The notes: a model not told the origin generated them from the letters alone. DNA of 55,711 bases from a virus (IMGVR_UViG_3300025759_000119:1-55711); one strand, 5' to 3'; numbered from the stretch's first letter, positions 28,868 through 37,302 are shown. Translations and numbers: made by a program.

Positions 28868-28908
28868 GTGTAAGATTACACAAATAGCTGGGATTTAAAA
28901 GGATTTTT
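28868..28908. promoter_or_regulatory. Palindrome GTGTAA-GA-TTACAC plus TGGGAT-box operator in a divergent intergenic region
   Basis: 28868-28881 palindrome; 28887-28908 GCTGGGATTTAAAAGGATTTTT. Confidence 0.5.
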
Positions 28909-28910
28909 TT

Positions 28911-29315
28911 ATGAAAAAACCCAACTTTCGAAATGTAGAAGGCAAACGCTGTGAACTTATTGCAGTCGATTGGCTTCTGTCTCAAGGCTGTTACACTTAC
29001 ACACAAACTATGGAACAAGGCCCCATTGACATTGTTGCTTTGTCTCCAAAAGGTGAGTGGCTTTACTTCGATGTTAAAAAAGCAAGCCGGCGAGAAGACG
29101 GTAGCATCATCAGCCGCACTCTTGGCTCCAAGCAAAAGAAACTTGGTGTCCGATTGCTGTATGTTGATATCGAAACCAAAGAATGTCACCTTTACCCCCA
29201 TCAATTTAATATTAAACAATCGTCAGAACAAAACGCCGGCAACCGCAGATTCAACGGTGTTAAACCTGAAGCCATTTCTTCACTTCTTCACCAAGAGTCG
29301 CCCCCGCAAGATTGA
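28911..29315 (+). CDS. PD-(D/E)XK nuclease (Hjc/homing-endonuclease-like)
   Basis: G..CE..A..WL..QG; PIDIVA; FDVK. Confidence 0.65.
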   Translation: MKKPNFRNVEGKRCELIAVDWLLSQGCYTYTQTMEQGPIDIVALSPKGEWLYFDVKKASRREDGSIISRTLGSKQKKLGVRLLYVDIETKECHLYPHQFNIKQSSEQNAGNRRFNGVKPEAISSLLHQESPPQD

Positions 29316-30693
29316 TCTTGCTTTGAAGGGACTTGGCTATGTTTATATCCACTGTTCCCGGGACAACCAGATCGACATACAAAACACTTTTGTTCTGCCC
29401 GATACGGTGGCAACGATCTTCCGACTGCATTCTGGTCTCTAGATTATAATCGTTAGCGTAATAGATTACGTTGTTGGCTGCGGTCAGGGTCAAGCCATAG
29501 CCTGCTGTTTGTGGGTTGCCGACAAAGAATCTTGCATCACCTTTTTGGAATGACGTTATAGCGTCTTGACGTTGTTCATCTGTCGTGTCCCCAAAATAAC
29601 TTACCACGCTCCCCGGTCCATGGACTTTAGCTAAAGTAGCTACAATAGCTTTTATGTCGTACCTGAATCTAGACCAAATGATTACCTTGCCCGTCATTTC
29701 TTCGATAGTGTCAAGCATGGCCTGCAACCTGTTGCTTTTAACTTCTACCAGTTCGCCATCGTCTGTCTTCAGATGACCACACAAAACCTGTTGCATACGA
29801 AGCAGCTTTGTCATTACCTCTGATGCCGTGACCAGTTCGCCGTCTTCGAGCAGGGCAATTGCTGCGCTCTTGAGACTGTTGTAGTGCCGGCACTGTTCAT
29901 CAGTCAGCGCCACTTCTCTTGTCGTGTATATCTTTGGCGGTAGGTCAAGAGCATCTTCCTTGGTCACACGGTATGAGAAACCTGCCAGTTTGTCAGTCAA
30001 CTCCGAAAGATTGCGGTAGCCTATAATCTGTTGGAAACTATGCGACCCCATGCGCTGCGTCCGCACCATCGCGTACCGATTCTGGAAAGACCAGTAAGAA
30101 TGGAAGCCCAGAAGATCTGTATCGAGAAAGGCACACTGCGCGTACAAGTCCAGCGGTGATTTCGTAACAGGGGATCCGGTCAGGATTCTCCGGTAGGCCG
30201 CATTCTTACCAATTTTAAGTAACGCTGCAGTTCTTTTGGCCTTCGGATTCTTGATTGTTGTGGACTCGTCAATTGCAAGAAGGAACGTGCTATCTTGTGT
30301 GAAAAGATCCAAGTATTTTTGAACTTTAGGTGTTGCGAAACCCTCCACATTAACCAGTAGGATGCGGAGGACTGAACGCTCCTGCACGGCACCTGATAGT
30401 CGTTTGGCAACGGTCTTGTTTGGGTTCGGATTCCATACATATACCTCATGGTCAATCGCTTCTGGGAAATGAATGGGAATTTCGGAGCTTTCCCAATTCC
30501 GGTATACCCCTTTAGGTGCCACGATGATTGCCGTGTCAATTTTTTCATTCTCATGTAGCCATACGATATTGTCGAGTAGTACCTTCGATTTACCACAGCC
30601 CATCTCCATGAAGTAAGCATAATTCTTTTTGTCATGACTTCTCAGCAAAGCCTCATGCTGATGTGCATAGGGCTCCGTTTTATAATTAAACAT
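29260..30693 (-). CDS. SNF2-family helicase
   Basis: EMGCGKS; DEST; ILTGSP; GYGLTL; QSEDRCHRIGQ. Confidence 0.9.
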   Translation of the reverse strand: MFNYKTEPYAHQHEALLRSHDKKNYAYFMEMGCGKSKVLLDNIVWLHENEKIDTAIIVAPKGVYRNWESSEIPIHFPEAIDHEVYVWNPNPNKTVAKRLSGAVQERSVLRILLVNVEGFATPKVQKYLDLFTQDSTFLLAIDESTTIKNPKAKRTAALLKIGKNAAYRRILTGSPVTKSPLDLYAQCAFLDTDLLGFHSYWSFQNRYAMVRTQRMGSHSFQQIIGYRNLSELTDKLAGFSYRVTKEDALDLPPKIYTTREVALTDEQCRHYNSLKSAAIALLEDGELVTASEVMTKLLRMQQVLCGHLKTDDGELVEVKSNRLQAMLDTIEEMTGKVIIWSRFRYDIKAIVATLAKVHGPGSVVSYFGDTTDEQRQDAITSFQKGDARFFVGNPQTAGYGLTLTAANNVIYYANDYNLETRMQSEDRCHRIGQNKSVLYVDLVVPGTVDINIAKSLQSKINLAGATLGEEVKKWLQV

Positions 30694-30700
30694 GTGTATC

Positions 30701-31075
30701 TTAAAGCCAACTCAAAGCAGATGATGCAGAACTAGACATATAATACATCGGCCTGTATTGGGCTTCCCTCTCGTTAGCAGCGACTGGGTCATCTTCAAAC
30801 CTAGCGCCGTTCATCAGTTCTTCGGTTTCATCAGATAGTAGGAAGGGGCCGTGGAATCCTGTTATCCACACATTCCGCGCCAGCCTACTCCATTGCTCCA
30901 GCTTACTAAGCCGCTGAATCGTCTCCGCCGGTATCCCACTCAGGCTCGAAATAGAAGAGGGGTGGTGACTCATCTCCCACATTCTCTTCGCTACCAGCAC
31001 CGCCAAGTGTGGATGGTTGGGGAAATTCGATGATGTTATTGTCAGATTGACTGTGTACTGTTTCTGTTTTGTCAT
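30701..31075 (-). CDS. Hypothetical protein with HTH-like segment
   Basis: AKRMWE...ISSLSGIPAETIQRL..LEQW; start uncertain; overlaps 30906..31088. Confidence 0.5.
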   Translation of the reverse strand: MTKQKQYTVNLTITSSNFPNHPHLAVLVAKRMWEMSHHPSSISSLSGIPAETIQRLSKLEQWSRLARNVWITGFHGPFLLSDETEELMNGARFEDDPVAANEREAQYRPMYYMSSSASSALSWL

Positions 31076-31088
31076 CTTTATTACTCAT
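30906..31088 (-). CDS. Small acidic hypothetical protein
   Basis: ATG overlaps upstream stop (ATGAGTAA); NNIIEFP motif. Confidence 0.45.
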   Translation of the reverse strand: MSNKDDKTETVHSQSDNNIIEFPQPSTLGGAGSEENVGDESPPLFYFEPEWDTGGDDSAA

Positions 31089-31317
31089 CTTCAATGCTCC
31101 CTGTCATAATACCAAAACGAGCAGCCTCCATGTACCAAAGTATTTCAGCCGGGTCAGACACAGTCGTGATCATCTGAACCACGCCTTCATTGTTCTCGCC
31201 CATAATGATTATGTCTTTGAATGTTTCCCCCGCTACCTCACATACCATGGGCACGGGGTCTTTTGTCCGTGTCACACGATGCAGCGGGAAGGATAGTACG
31301 TTTTGTTCTTCGCTCAT
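31081..31317 (-). CDS. Hypothetical protein
   Basis: MSEEQNVLSFP; ATGA coupling to upstream gene. Confidence 0.65.
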   Translation of the reverse strand: MSEEQNVLSFPLHRVTRTKDPVPMVCEVAGETFKDIIIMGENNEGVVQMITTVSDPAEILWYMEAARFGIMTGSIEDE

Positions 31318-31538
31318 AAAGGAGCTCCCTGACAACAGTCTTCAACGATTGCATGGCACACGGTACACTGTTCATGCCCATGCACGAACATTGTTCGTAG
31401 CACGGCGTGACAGCGAGGGCAATGTGTAGCACACATTTCTTGTTTGTCTGCAGCCTTCTTCATTTCTTCCCGCTTGTCAGGAATCACATCATGCCTGCGA
31501 ATCTGTGACCAGTTTGGGTCTCTGAGTTTTATACTCAT
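31314..31538 (-). CDS. Zinc-ribbon protein
   Basis: CPRC...HGHEQCTVC...DCCQG. Confidence 0.65.
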   Translation of the reverse strand: MSIKLRDPNWSQIRRHDVIPDKREEMKKAADKQEMCATHCPRCHAVLRTMFVHGHEQCTVCHAIVEDCCQGAPL

Positions 31539-31720
31539 CCCGCCTGTATCCTGTTCCACGCTCTGAAGACCATGTCGTCTTCGGTTTTACTTTTGTCCAT
31601 GTGCTGCTGCACAAGGCTTTCGATAACAGACACAGCTTCCTTCCATTCCATGCGCGGTGGAATAGACGCTATGTCTATTTCATTTGGCATTAAATGCGTG
31701 TGCATTTCGTTCTCCATCAT
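31535..31720 (-). CDS. Hypothetical protein
   Basis: AAGGAGAG RBS; AWNRIQAG C-term. Confidence 0.6.
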   Translation of the reverse strand: MMENEMHTHLMPNEIDIASIPPRMEWKEAVSVIESLVQQHMDKSKTEDDMVFRAWNRIQAG

Positions 31721-31735
31721 GGTTGACTCTCCTTC

Positions 31736-31764
31736 ATGATATCTTAGTTGGGATAAATTGTAAA
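31736..31764 (-). promoter_or_regulatory. Sigma70-like promoter
   Basis: TTTACA-17bp-TATCAT with ATCCCA in the spacer. Confidence 0.6.
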
Positions 31765-31767
31765 ATC

Positions 31768-31992
31768 TTATGACTCTACGGCGTCAAATACATCTATGTC
31801 GCCGATAATGTACCCTGCCTGAGTCAGGCGGCGGTTAAATTGTAACTGCCTGTTCATGGCAATCTGTTTTGCTTCGGCCTTGTTGCCAGCCCTTACTTTT
31901 TTAAAGACTTTGCATTCAACCACCAAGCAAACTTCATACTGTTTTACTTTGTTATATTTAGTCTGAGTTCGTGTTAATAATTTTTCAGTCAT
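31768..31992 (-). CDS. Hypothetical protein
   Basis: GGAGG RBS; V.A..K.EA motif. Confidence 0.6.
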   Translation of the reverse strand: MTEKLLTRTQTKYNKVKQYEVCLVVECKVFKKVRAGNKAEAKQIAMNRQLQFNRRLTQAGYIIGDIDVFDAVES

Positions 31993-32177
31993 TAGTCCCT
32001 CCGTAAGTTAAGAAGACATTCCATAAATTTCCCGTCATATCATTTAAAGCAGCACGGGTTGACCAGTTATACAGACCACTGAAAATAAGACCTAGGGGGC
32101 AATCTGTCTTGGCATCTATGGCGTTGAAGGACGCTGTCTTTGTCGCCCTTGAGGAGGATAGCTGCTCCCCTTACAAA

Positions 32178-32357
32178 CTATTTTAAATCTTCATGCTTCA
32201 TCTTCAGGCCGCAAGTTATGCATTCCCAGTAATCACCCTGATCAAAACTATGCGTGAAAGATGTCACACTCGTTTTACACTTAGGACATTTCCCTGCTGC
32301 AATCCGCTTGGCAAATGTGCCATCACCTTGAACGATGATCTTACTTTGACTACACAT
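32178..32357 (-). CDS. Zinc-ribbon protein
   Basis: GKCPKC...WECITCG; start reassigned to 32357. Confidence 0.6.
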   Translation of the reverse strand: MCSQSKIIVQGDGTFAKRIAAGKCPKCKTSVTSFTHSFDQGDYWECITCGLKMKHEDLK

Positions 32358-32553
32358 ACTTGCTCCAATACTCGCCCCACGCTTCTCCAACCATGTCATG
32401 TATTTCATTCATGTCTAAGTGTGGCAGCTTTCTAAAATGTGGCTCCATGGTTCTTACAAACTCATCATATGTCTCACATTCTCCGATGATTGACTCTGCC
32501 GTGTCAAGAAAATCTTCTTCTAATTGCATAGCCATAGCTTTGACCTTACCCAT
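32350..32553 (-). CDS. Hypothetical protein
   Basis: GGAGG RBS; W.EYWSKY C-term. Confidence 0.65.
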   Translation of the reverse strand: MGKVKAMAMQLEEDFLDTAESIIGECETYDEFVRTMEPHFRKLPHLDMNEIHDMVGEAWGEYWSKYV

Positions 32554-32826
32554 TTAATCCTCCTGTAGATTAAACTGACGGCGTAGCTGCCACATGCTGT
32601 TATCCAGATTTTTTACATCAGACATCCACAAATCCTGACATTCATGCAGGCTTTGCAACGCACCACTGATTGCATTATAGGCTTCCCTCACCGCCTCGCG
32701 CTGCTCTTTTGACAATTGGTCAAGTCTACCTTGCCGATCACCACGCTCTTGCTCCCGCTGCTCGTCCCAATAGGCGGACTTCTCGTCCAAAGTCCATTCA
32801 TTAAAGTCTTTTGGTAAATCACTCAT
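32554..32826 (-). CDS. Hypothetical protein
   Basis: Start MSDLPKD coupled by TAATG. Confidence 0.6.
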   Translation of the reverse strand: MSDLPKDFNEWTLDEKSAYWDEQREQERGDRQGRLDQLSKEQREAVREAYNAISGALQSLHECQDLWMSDVKNLDNSMWQLRRQFNLQED

Positions 32827-32996
32827 TAGTTTATTTCCTCTTCTATTATAGGTGTCCATCGTATGTCTCCACTCTCAATCATTCTGAGAGCCTCTTCATT
32901 GACAAGGTCTTCGAGATCTTCGACCGAAATATTGTGCGGTGCTTTCACCTCGATGAACCTTGCAATGTCGAACACATACCTTTTTTTACGAACCAC
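32826..32996 (-). CDS. Hypothetical protein
   Basis: Probable GTG start (VVRKKRYVFDIARF) overlapping the upstream gene end. Confidence 0.5.
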   Translation of the reverse strand: MVRKKRYVFDIARFIEVKAPHNISVEDLEDLVNEEALRMIESGDIRWTPIIEEEIN

Positions 32997-33201
32997 GATC
33001 CACGATACCTTTGCTTGTCCCACCGTTGTATGCGCGGTTTGTCTTTGAATACATCTCCTGATGTATTTTTCTTTTAATCTTCTCGCGAACAAAAGCCATC
33101 TTCTTGGTCTCAACATCCTTGCGAACCTGACGCCTTTTTTCCTTGCTCATTTTTACTTCCGGAACCTTTAACAATTCCTTGACCTGATCATCACTAAGCA
33201 T
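32986..33201 (-). CDS. Basic hypothetical protein
   Basis: Lys/Arg-rich; tightly packed in operon. Confidence 0.55.
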   Translation of the reverse strand: MLSDDQVKELLKVPEVKMSKEKRRQVRKDVETKKMAFVREKIKRKIHQEMYSKTNRAYNGGTSKGIVDRGS

Positions 33202-33424
33202 CCTTGCCTCGCATGATTATCTCCATGACCTCAGATACTGTGCCTTCGACCCACCAACCACCGTTGTTGTGATGGCCGTCATGAATCCGCGTAACCTCGC
33301 GCTCGATATTCCCGACTCTACGCACCTGACTGTACACCGTGAATGATGTGCCAGTAAAAAACATAACGCCTTCTGGTTTAAACGAGTGGGTGCATAGTCT
33401 GGTTAACACAAATGATTTACTCAT
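33194..33424 (-). CDS. Hypothetical protein
   Basis: HNNGGWWVE motif; ATG overlaps upstream stop. Confidence 0.6.
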   Translation of the reverse strand: MSKSFVLTRLCTHSFKPEGVMFFTGTSFTVYSQVRRVGNIEREVTRIHDGHHNNGGWWVEGTVSEVMEIIMRGKDA

Positions 33425-33551
33425 CCCCAACTCCATTAAAATAAACTGTTAGCTCTTCAGAATCATCGATGTCCTCATCGATGACCTGATACATAATGTC
33501 CTTGCCATGCACGAGATCATGAATGGCCTTGATTAACTCAGCTTTGGTCAT
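33417..33551 (-). CDS. Small acidic protein (44 aa, not in ORF track)
   Basis: MTKAELIKAIHDLVHGKDIMYQVIDEDIDDSEELTVYFNGVGDE*; coupled at both ends. Confidence 0.6.
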   Translation of the reverse strand: MTKAELIKAIHDLVHGKDIMYQVIDEDIDDSEELTVYFNGVGDE

Positions 33552-33754
33552 CCCCAATCCTTTCGATCTTCTTCCTCATTATAGCCCTTAGTATAGGCAA
33601 CAATCTCATCCGGTGTCATGTCTTGCAGCATGATCCTCTGACCCTTGCCTGTCCCCTCCGGATACCAGTGGGGATTGAAAGAGCGACCATAGTACCTGTC
33701 CGCCGATCCACGATCCATTGGACTTCCGTGCTTGATGCTAAAACTTTGGCACAT
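33548..33754 (-). CDS. Conserved phage hypothetical protein
   Basis: HGSP.DRGSAD.YYGR..PH...AY.KGY. Confidence 0.7.
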   Translation of the reverse strand: MCQSFSIKHGSPMDRGSADRYYGRSFNPHWYPEGTGKGQRIMLQDMTPDEIVAYTKGYNEEEDRKDWG

Positions 33755-33911
33755 AACTTATCCCCTCCAGTTGAAAGGCTTTCACCTTCTGATACTCGCG
33801 CCATTTCGCATCGATCTCCGCTTGTGAAACCTCCTCGAATATCGCATCTCCGAACTCGCGCATAGTCCTGCGAACCTCTTCATCGACATGAATTAAACGA
33901 TCATCAGTCAT
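33738..33911 (-). CDS. Hypothetical protein
   Basis: Start MTDDRL after GAGGAG; G..YVPKF C-term. Confidence 0.6.
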   Translation of the reverse strand: MTDDRLIHVDEEVRRTMREFGDAIFEEVSQAEIDAKWREYQKVKAFQLEGISYVPKF

Positions 33912-34236
33912 CACTGTTCTCCTCAAAAGCCTTCGGGGTTCTATCCCACTGAGGTTCGTTATCCTCCCACATTTCAGTGAAGACACGCTTGTCTTTCAAT
34001 TCATCATAGGTGGCCTTGGTCACCTCGTAGTGACGACCAGCCCCATAGGCCATTTCGCCACAGTTCCAGTACATACCTTCCGGCAAACCGAAAGAGTCAT
34101 GCTCATCGAGGCCGTACCAATCTTTGGCAATCTCTTCCATCACTTCATCAGGATCACCAGCGGTTGCGAACAGGATGGATTGTTGAACCTCGAACTCACC
34201 ATACTGCTCGTCTATGTTTCCAACATAATATTTCAT
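33904..34236 (-). CDS. Acidic hypothetical protein
   Basis: Start MKYYVG after GGAGG; I.EQYGEFE. Confidence 0.6.
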   Translation of the reverse strand: MKYYVGNIDEQYGEFEVQQSILFATAGDPDEVMEEIAKDWYGLDEHDSFGLPEGMYWNCGEMAYGAGRHYEVTKATYDELKDKRVFTEMWEDNEPQWDRTPKAFEENSDD

Positions 34237-34439
34237 CACATTACCTCCTTCCAATTACGAATGTTTGTCGAGTCGTCTTCCCAAATCATCTGGGTCTGTT
34301 GGTCATACCGCTCCGGACAACCGTCCGCAGCCAGATTGAACAACTCATGCGCCATTGTATCTGCGGCCTCGACCGACTCAGCGCGAACCTCGATCTGTTT
34401 CCAGACCACCGCATTTATTTCCACAAGATAGCTTTTCAT
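34236..34439 (-). CDS. Hypothetical protein
   Basis: IEVRAES.EAA; coupled. Confidence 0.6.
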   Translation of the reverse strand: MKSYLVEINAVVWKQIEVRAESVEAADTMAHELFNLAADGCPERYDQQTQMIWEDDSTNIRNWKEVM

Positions 34440-34618
34440 TATTCCACCTCCTCAATATCTATCCTGTCTAACTCGTCATCAACTTCTGTCGATGGGCAAT
34501 AATTAGGGAATTGTGTCCATTGTTTTAAAAACAATGTTTTTGCAGCATCAGCATCTGCCGCCCAGATTTCATCCTCATGCCAAGCAATCCTTCTGGCCTT
34601 CACAATAAACTTTTCCAT
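34439..34618 (-). CDS. Hypothetical protein
   Basis: Start MEKFIV; coupled by TAATG to the next gene. Confidence 0.55.
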   Translation of the reverse strand: MEKFIVKARRIAWHEDEIWAADADAAKTLFLKQWTQFPNYCPSTEVDDELDRIDIEEVE

Positions 34619-34629
34619 CCTACTGCCCC

Positions 34630-34800
34630 CTACCACCATTGATATTCGTAATTATAATTGTAATCAGCATCAAGCTGATGCCATGCCTGTTCATAAGCAT
34701 AATCCCAGTTTGTGTGGTATCCAGTGGCTATGTCATCATCCGCAATACATTTTGCCCAATGATTTAAACTAGGCTCATGGTCAAATGGTAATTCTTCCAT
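34630..34800 (-). CDS. Hypothetical protein
   Basis: MEELPFDHEPSLNHWA...NWDYAYE.AW. Confidence 0.6.
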   Translation of the reverse strand: MEELPFDHEPSLNHWAKCIADDDIATGYHTNWDYAYEQAWHQLDADYNYNYEYQWW

Positions 34801-34814
34801 TAGCAATACACCCC

Positions 34815-35087
34815 CTAATCCAACAAAACCATATAGGCATGTGGCTCGTGCTTCATGAACCAACGACAGCCCTTACGAACTTCTTCATATAGCTTTTCCT
34901 GCAGCTTCGGATCATCGGTTTTCTCAGCTATCAATTGAGAACCCATGATAACGTCATAAACTGCGACAGCATCGGCAGGCAAACCCACCTTCTGACCACT
35001 GAATATGTTTTCACAGACCTCCGGCTCATCGCCCACGATACATTTGAATGGTAACTCCCTACCCAAAAATCCCTTAACCTCTGACAT
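34815..35087 (-). CDS. Conserved phage hypothetical protein
   Basis: N.FSG...AVAVYD.IMG...G..WF....P.AYMVLLD. Confidence 0.7.
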   Translation of the reverse strand: MSEVKGFLGRELPFKCIVGDEPEVCENIFSGQKVGLPADAVAVYDVIMGSQLIAEKTDDPKLQEKLYEEVRKGCRWFMKHEPHAYMVLLD

Positions 35088-35283
35088 ATCTTTGCCCCTT
35101 TACATAAACTACATCATCATACCAACCAGACACCGCTGGCTGACTCGTTAAACCTGTCCCCTCACACTTGGGACAAGCATTAACTTCCCTGTCACTGACA
35201 GGCACATAACCATGACCCACGCAATCATCACACACATACTGAATGCGAATTGCCGTTGATCTAGTCTTTGATTCACGATCCAT
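35074..35283 (-). CDS. DnaJ-type zinc-finger small protein
   Basis: CDDCVGHG and CPKCEGTG. Confidence 0.65.
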   Translation of the reverse strand: MDRESKTRSTAIRIQYVCDDCVGHGYVPVSDREVNACPKCEGTGLTSQPAVSGWYDDVVYVKGQRYVRG

Positions 35284-35312
35284 GATCCATGCTCCTTGTT
35301 AGGTTGTCTAGG

Positions 35313-35342
35313 AATAATCCTATAGAATCCCAGCTATGTAAA
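35313..35342 (-). promoter_or_regulatory. Leftward promoter with TGGGAT-box operator
   Basis: TTTACA-17bp-GATTAT overlapping GCTGGGATTCTATAGGATTATT. Confidence 0.5.
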
Positions 35343-35410
35343 GCAAAAAAACACGCTACATAGTGTTTCTGTGATATTTTTTTGACTTGCTTTTTATTTT
35401 TGTAAAATAG

Positions 35411-35499
35411 GCGTAACGAGCGTAACGGCGTAACGAGTAGGGTTAAACTGTTGTAATCATTAAGGCTGCTCGTTACACTGTGGTTACACTCGTTACACT
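35411..35499. repeat. Inverted iteron array (3x GTAACG, spacer, 3x GTTACACT)
   Basis: gcgtaacga gcgtaacg gcgtaacga ... ctcgttacact gtggttaca ctcgttacact. Confidence 0.8.
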
Positions 35500-35557
35500 T
35501 GATACTGTCGGAGTCTGACTTTTTCCCGATATTTCTTTGTTTATACTTTAATAAAAT

Positions 35558-36148
35558 ATGACAGGAACTATAATAGCAATTATGGAACAGGACGAAAAAA
35601 GAACGGTAGGCCGACCAAACGGTCAGATTTTGACAAACCGCCAGCGCGAGTTTGCTAAATATATTGTTGAGGGGATTTACTCCAACGCGGAGTGCGCCCG
35701 CAAGGCCGGCTATGCTGAAGGTCAAGCCGCTAAGACTGCGAGCCTGTTTCTGAACGGCAGGGATTTTCCGCATGTTGTCGAACTGGTCAAACAACTTCGT
35801 GAAGAAAAAGAACGCAAATACGGCGTGACGCTCATTGGTCAACTCAAACGACTGTCTGATCTTTCTAGAAATGCTGAAGAATCTGGTCAATTCTCTGCCG
35901 CCATCAACGCTGAAAAGATAAGGTCTGCGCTTGGCGGTCTTACAATTGACAGGCGAGAGCAAAACCACATTCACCAGATAGACAAACTCAGTAGAGAAGA
36001 AATTATAGCGCGGCTTTCCGAAATCCGAAAGAATCACCCCGCAGCATTCATAGAAGGCGAGGCCATCGAACATGCCCAAACCGGAACAAAACCTTTGGAA
36101 CTCATTCAAGCAAGCCCTGCCGAAAAAATCGCATTGGAACAGGATTGA
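35558..36148 (+). CDS. terS: Terminase small subunit
   Basis: LTNRQREFAKYIV...ARKAGYA...A.KTAS HTH typical of small terminases; AAINAE. Confidence 0.75.
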   Translation: MTGTIIAIMEQDEKRTVGRPNGQILTNRQREFAKYIVEGIYSNAECARKAGYAEGQAAKTASLFLNGRDFPHVVELVKQLREEKERKYGVTLIGQLKRLSDLSRNAEESGQFSAAINAEKIRSALGGLTIDRREQNHIHQIDKLSREEIIARLSEIRKNHPAAFIEGEAIEHAQTGTKPLELIQASPAEKIALEQD

Positions 36149-36485
36149 AAACCGAACCGGAACTGGTGCGCCTGATGTATACCTCGTCATGGATGGTGTA
36201 GCTTGTTGGGTGGAATTAAAAGTTATTATCAAGAACCGCGTCCGAATCTCACAATCACAGATCGCATGGCATCTTTCGCATGATAGGTGCGGCGGGTTGT
36301 CGTTCTTCCTAATGCGTGAGACAGGCAGCAAATCTGCGCTTCTCTTTCCATCGTCAGACGCGCTTGCGCTCTGCGAGCCTCGCGCAAAATGGCCTGATCC
36401 GATTTGTGAATGCGTCATGTCTGAAATCCCTGCGCGCCTGCGAGCCTATGCCCTAGCCGTAAATGAAAAAAGCCAAGCGGCATAA
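36072..36485 (+). CDS. VRR-NUC/Holliday-junction-resolvase-like nuclease
   Basis: RIEN..GTG.PDV...WVELK...Q.AW. Confidence 0.7.
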   Translation: MPKPEQNLWNSFKQALPKKSHWNRIENRTGTGAPDVYLVMDGVACWVELKVIIKNRVRISQSQIAWHLSHDRCGGLSFFLMRETGSKSALLFPSSDALALCEPRAKWPDPICECVMSEIPARLRAYALAVNEKSQAA

Positions 36486-36496
36486 ACCGCTTGGCT
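36466..36496 (-). terminator. Rho-independent terminator
   Basis: AGCCAAGCGG/CCGCTTGGCT 10-bp stem with T tract on the minus strand. Confidence 0.75.
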
Positions 36497-36504
36497 CTCG
36501 AGGC

Positions 36505-37233
36505 TTAGTGTTGAACGATTGCTATTGATTTTGCTTTTACTGATGCGCCGGCGCATAGCTTGCAAGTGTCGCACGTTGCCCGCCGGCCTGCTTCCTTACT
36601 AGCGGGGCATAAAGCTTCTGAATCTTTTATAAGTTCGTCTGTCTTTTGTATAACGCGAAATGTCCGCTTGCCTGATTGCCAAGCTTGGCGGGCTTCTGCT
36701 TCTGTGTCCGCGCTGATCATATAAAGCATTGGATCAACTTCAACCAAGCCTGACTGGTGGCTATAGCCGGTATGGCCTTTAGCTTGTGATAAAAGACTGT
36801 CCCAAATATATGACGGAACCGCTGCGCCATCGCCATATGTACCTATTCGAACCATACGACCGGCACCCAATGCAGCTATAGCTTCATGACCTTGTGCCGT
36901 TTCATATCCGCCTTTCATATAGTGTTTCCAAGTGATCAAAACGCCTTGGAATAATGCAACGTAACATGTCCGACCTTTTGCCATTTTGTATTTGCCGAAT
37001 TCTGGATGCGCCGGCGTTAATGCTTCGCCTCTATGTTTACAATTTCCGCAGATTGAAAAGTCATTGCCTAGCTTGCTATTCAACATTGGATCAAGGCCGT
37101 TATCATTTAAAATGTAGGTTTGCACCATGTCGCCGGTTTTGCGATTGCTGCTTTTAACAATAGCAATAACGACAATGGGCGAGCCGTCTATAAGTGACGC
37201 GCCTTTGTATATGATCGAGTTTTGTGGTTTCAT
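36505..37233 (-). CDS. Cys-rich conserved phage protein (possible Fe-S enzyme)
   Basis: SNRKTG; ICGNC; CYV; RIGTYGD; GYSH; CPAS; CDTCKLC. Confidence 0.65.
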   Translation of the reverse strand: MKPQNSIIYKGASLIDGSPIVVIAIVKSSNRKTGDMVQTYILNDNGLDPMLNSKLGNDFSICGNCKHRGEALTPAHPEFGKYKMAKGRTCYVALFQGVLITWKHYMKGGYETAQGHEAIAALGAGRMVRIGTYGDGAAVPSYIWDSLLSQAKGHTGYSHQSGLVEVDPMLYMISADTEAEARQAWQSGKRTFRVIQKTDELIKDSEALCPASKEAGRRATCDTCKLCAGASVKAKSIAIVQH

Positions 37234-37272
37234 TGTAAGCCCCTCAAATGATTATGTTTTAACCTAATAAAT

Positions 37273-37302
37273 AACAATCCCATAAAATCCCAGCCAATGC
37301 AA
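37273..37302 (-). promoter_or_regulatory. Leftward promoter with TGGGAT-box operator
   Basis: TTGCAT-17bp-GATTGT overlapping GCTGGGATTTTATGGGATTGTT. Confidence 0.5.

Noticed and set aside
35273-36418. 381-aa minus-strand ORF
   Set aside because: Antisense shadow of terS and the nuclease; crosses iterons and promoter; atypical composition
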